Origin: Xylographa opegraphella
Lineage: Eukaryota
Length of the DNA: 64,000 nt
NCBI GenBank assembly: GCA_022813865.1
Contig: JALDZX010000001.1
Coordinates: forward strand, 372,001-436,000
Reading direction: 5' to 3'
Shown: positions 62,305 through 64,000 of the stretch, piece by piece
Position numbering within the stretch: position 1 is the first letter of the stretch
How the letters are laid out: each line of letters begins with the position of its first letter
Position numbers and translations under genes: made by a program
Notes under the pieces: model-generated
Told to the model about the DNA's origin: nothing
The model's database searches: none
The model's input: only the letters and a program-made list of their open reading frames with translations

Positions 62305-64000
62305 ATGCAGCAACTCCCTGCAAATGGTGGGCTTCTCTCGTACATGTCGCCTCTAGGTCAGTTTTGCACACAATCAGCCAGTCATCGTTCTTGCTCCGAT
62401 CCCGTGCCAAATTGGTTGGTTCATCTGTTCCTGCATTTCCTGCGCTGCAATTCGAGCCTCACTCCGCACATTGTGGATCTCGATATCAGACTTAGGGCTG
62501 CTGACTAAGGTGCTGTAGGCTATGAGAACAACTCTTGTGGGTGAGTGAACCTCGCTCCTTGGAGGGACCGTTCGTTGAGGCAATACAGATACTGCAAATC
62601 ATCCAAGAGTAAGACTGTGAAGCGTACTCGTAGGTCATATGAGTGTGCTCTCGAGTAGCACCCGCCTCTGGCTAATCTGTGCTCTACCCATCCTAAGGTT
62701 TTTCGTACTATGCATATTCCAACAGAGAAGTGCAGCCAGCTCACTACCAGGGCCTTGTCGACCGTGGATGGAGGAGGTACGGCGCTCTTCCTCTGCCTTG
62801 TCTACCGTGTTGCCCTGATCCTTCGACAGATCAGGGACTACCTATTACAAACCCGATCTACGGCATTCTTGTTGTCCACACTATACAATTAGGTACGTTT
62901 CAGAGTGATGAAGTACCGGGTTTAGTACTGACAGGCATAAGGCTTGATGGCCTGGGCTTCAAGCCACAGAAAGACCAGAGAAAGGCCGTCAATCGCTTCA
63001 CCGAATATGTTCTCGGTCCTGACTACTCACGGCTAGCTGCTAGGCTGTGTCCTAAGAGCCGGGAGTAAGTGAATCTTATATTTACCAGGTCTCGTCAATC
63101 CGTCCACTCCCTCAACGGCGAAAATAGCTGCGGAAGATGACTTTCAGCTGACCATGTTTGGGATCGTCCCAGAGAGAAGCAGCGCTATCGAACCAAATTC
63201 GATCTCAGTTTGAGGATCCACGAAGCGGAATATCAATGCGTGAAACGCCCGATTAACTCCAGCTCCAAGAAATCAATTGAGCCAGCCCACAAGTTTGAAG
63301 TCACTCTAGAAGCGGATACCTTTACAGAAGAGAAGTATAAAGTCAGCCACAAACTACTTATTATCCTAGATGCTGAGAAATTGTAAAGATTTGCACTTTT
63401 CGCCAATTACCAAAAAGTAGTACACAAAGAGCCGCCCTCACGAATCTCCAAGGCCGGCTTCAGGTCTTTTCTATGCTCTGGTCTCACCCGGACTACTTAC
63501 AAACAAGATGGTAAAGAGCGAAGGATCGGTTCATATCATCAATGCTACAGACTCGATGGTCGCCTTGTTGCTATGGGTGTGCTTGATCTGACGCCTCAGT
63601 GTGTCAGCTCTGTGTATCTAATGTGAGATCTGACAATAGACATGACCCTGCGACCTGCAACCCTCCTGCTGACAATATCAAGGTACCATGAGTGTGTTAA
63701 TGACTGGGAATTCGGTAAGCTCAGTGCTTTGCAGGAGATTGCACTGGCTGTTGAGGCCGGGTATCGATACTACTACATGGGTATGTAGTAACGGCACAGT
63801 GCATTGGTCTCAGGATGATTGTTCGCTAACGGCCACTCCCAGGTTACTATATACACTCGTGTATCAAGATGCGCTATAAAAGCACTTTCCATCCCACTTA
63901 CGTGCTCGGTCTGTCATTAGCCACGCAATCGCGACGTTTCTCAAGCTTATTCTTGCTCAGACCCCGAGACGTACAGTTGGGACCCTCTAGATCAGGACAT
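62305..64000 (+). CDS. ATE1: Arginyl-tRNA--protein transferase, 3'-truncated by window edge; ~10 introns
   Basis: Spliced SPL|GYENNSCG|YCKS, YQGLVDRGWRR|SGTTYYKPDLRHSCCPHYTIR|LD, GSYHQCYRLDGRLVAMGVLDL, GKLSALQEI, YYYM|GYYIHSCIKMRYK. Confidence 0.93.

Noticed and set aside
1..64000. Prokaryote-type systems (CRISPR arrays, operons, defence islands), tRNA/rRNA genes, transposons or RIP-degraded AT-rich blocks
   Set aside because: The sequence is intron-rich fungal euchromatin; I saw no spaced direct repeats, tRNA or 5S motifs, transposase/RT motifs, terminal repeats or extended AT-rich tracts

Overview
This is eukaryotic DNA from a filamentous ascomycete (Pezizomycotina-type genes with short GT-AG introns and CTRAC/CTAAT branch sites), so the six-frame ORF track breaks most genes into pieces. 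I assembled about 25 intron-containing or single-exon genes by hand. Most are housekeeping: EAF3, ARMH3/DUF1741-like, ISA1, a Dabb-family gene absent from the ORF track, DSC3, an MFS hexose transporter, calcipressin, RPB3, DIC1, MSF1, MGE1, a Uds1-domain protein, Dicer-like DCL2, PRE8, a RING-CH ligase, a DDP1-like Nudix hydrolase and ATE1. There is also an intact F-box gene with a frameshifted paralog nearby, and several low-complexity orphan ORFs. I saw no rRNA, tRNA, transposon or CRISPR signal and no convincing multi-gene novel system. The most unusual observations are a 651-nt stop-free in-frame intron in EAF3, about ten GC-rich islands that all switch from C-rich to G-rich on the + strand whatever the gene orientation, a Cys-motif domain fused to a CBM5/12-like module, a start codon apparently created by splicing, and frequent AAG splice acceptors. 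All family assignments come from recalled motifs, not database searches, and splice sites are inferred without transcript data.
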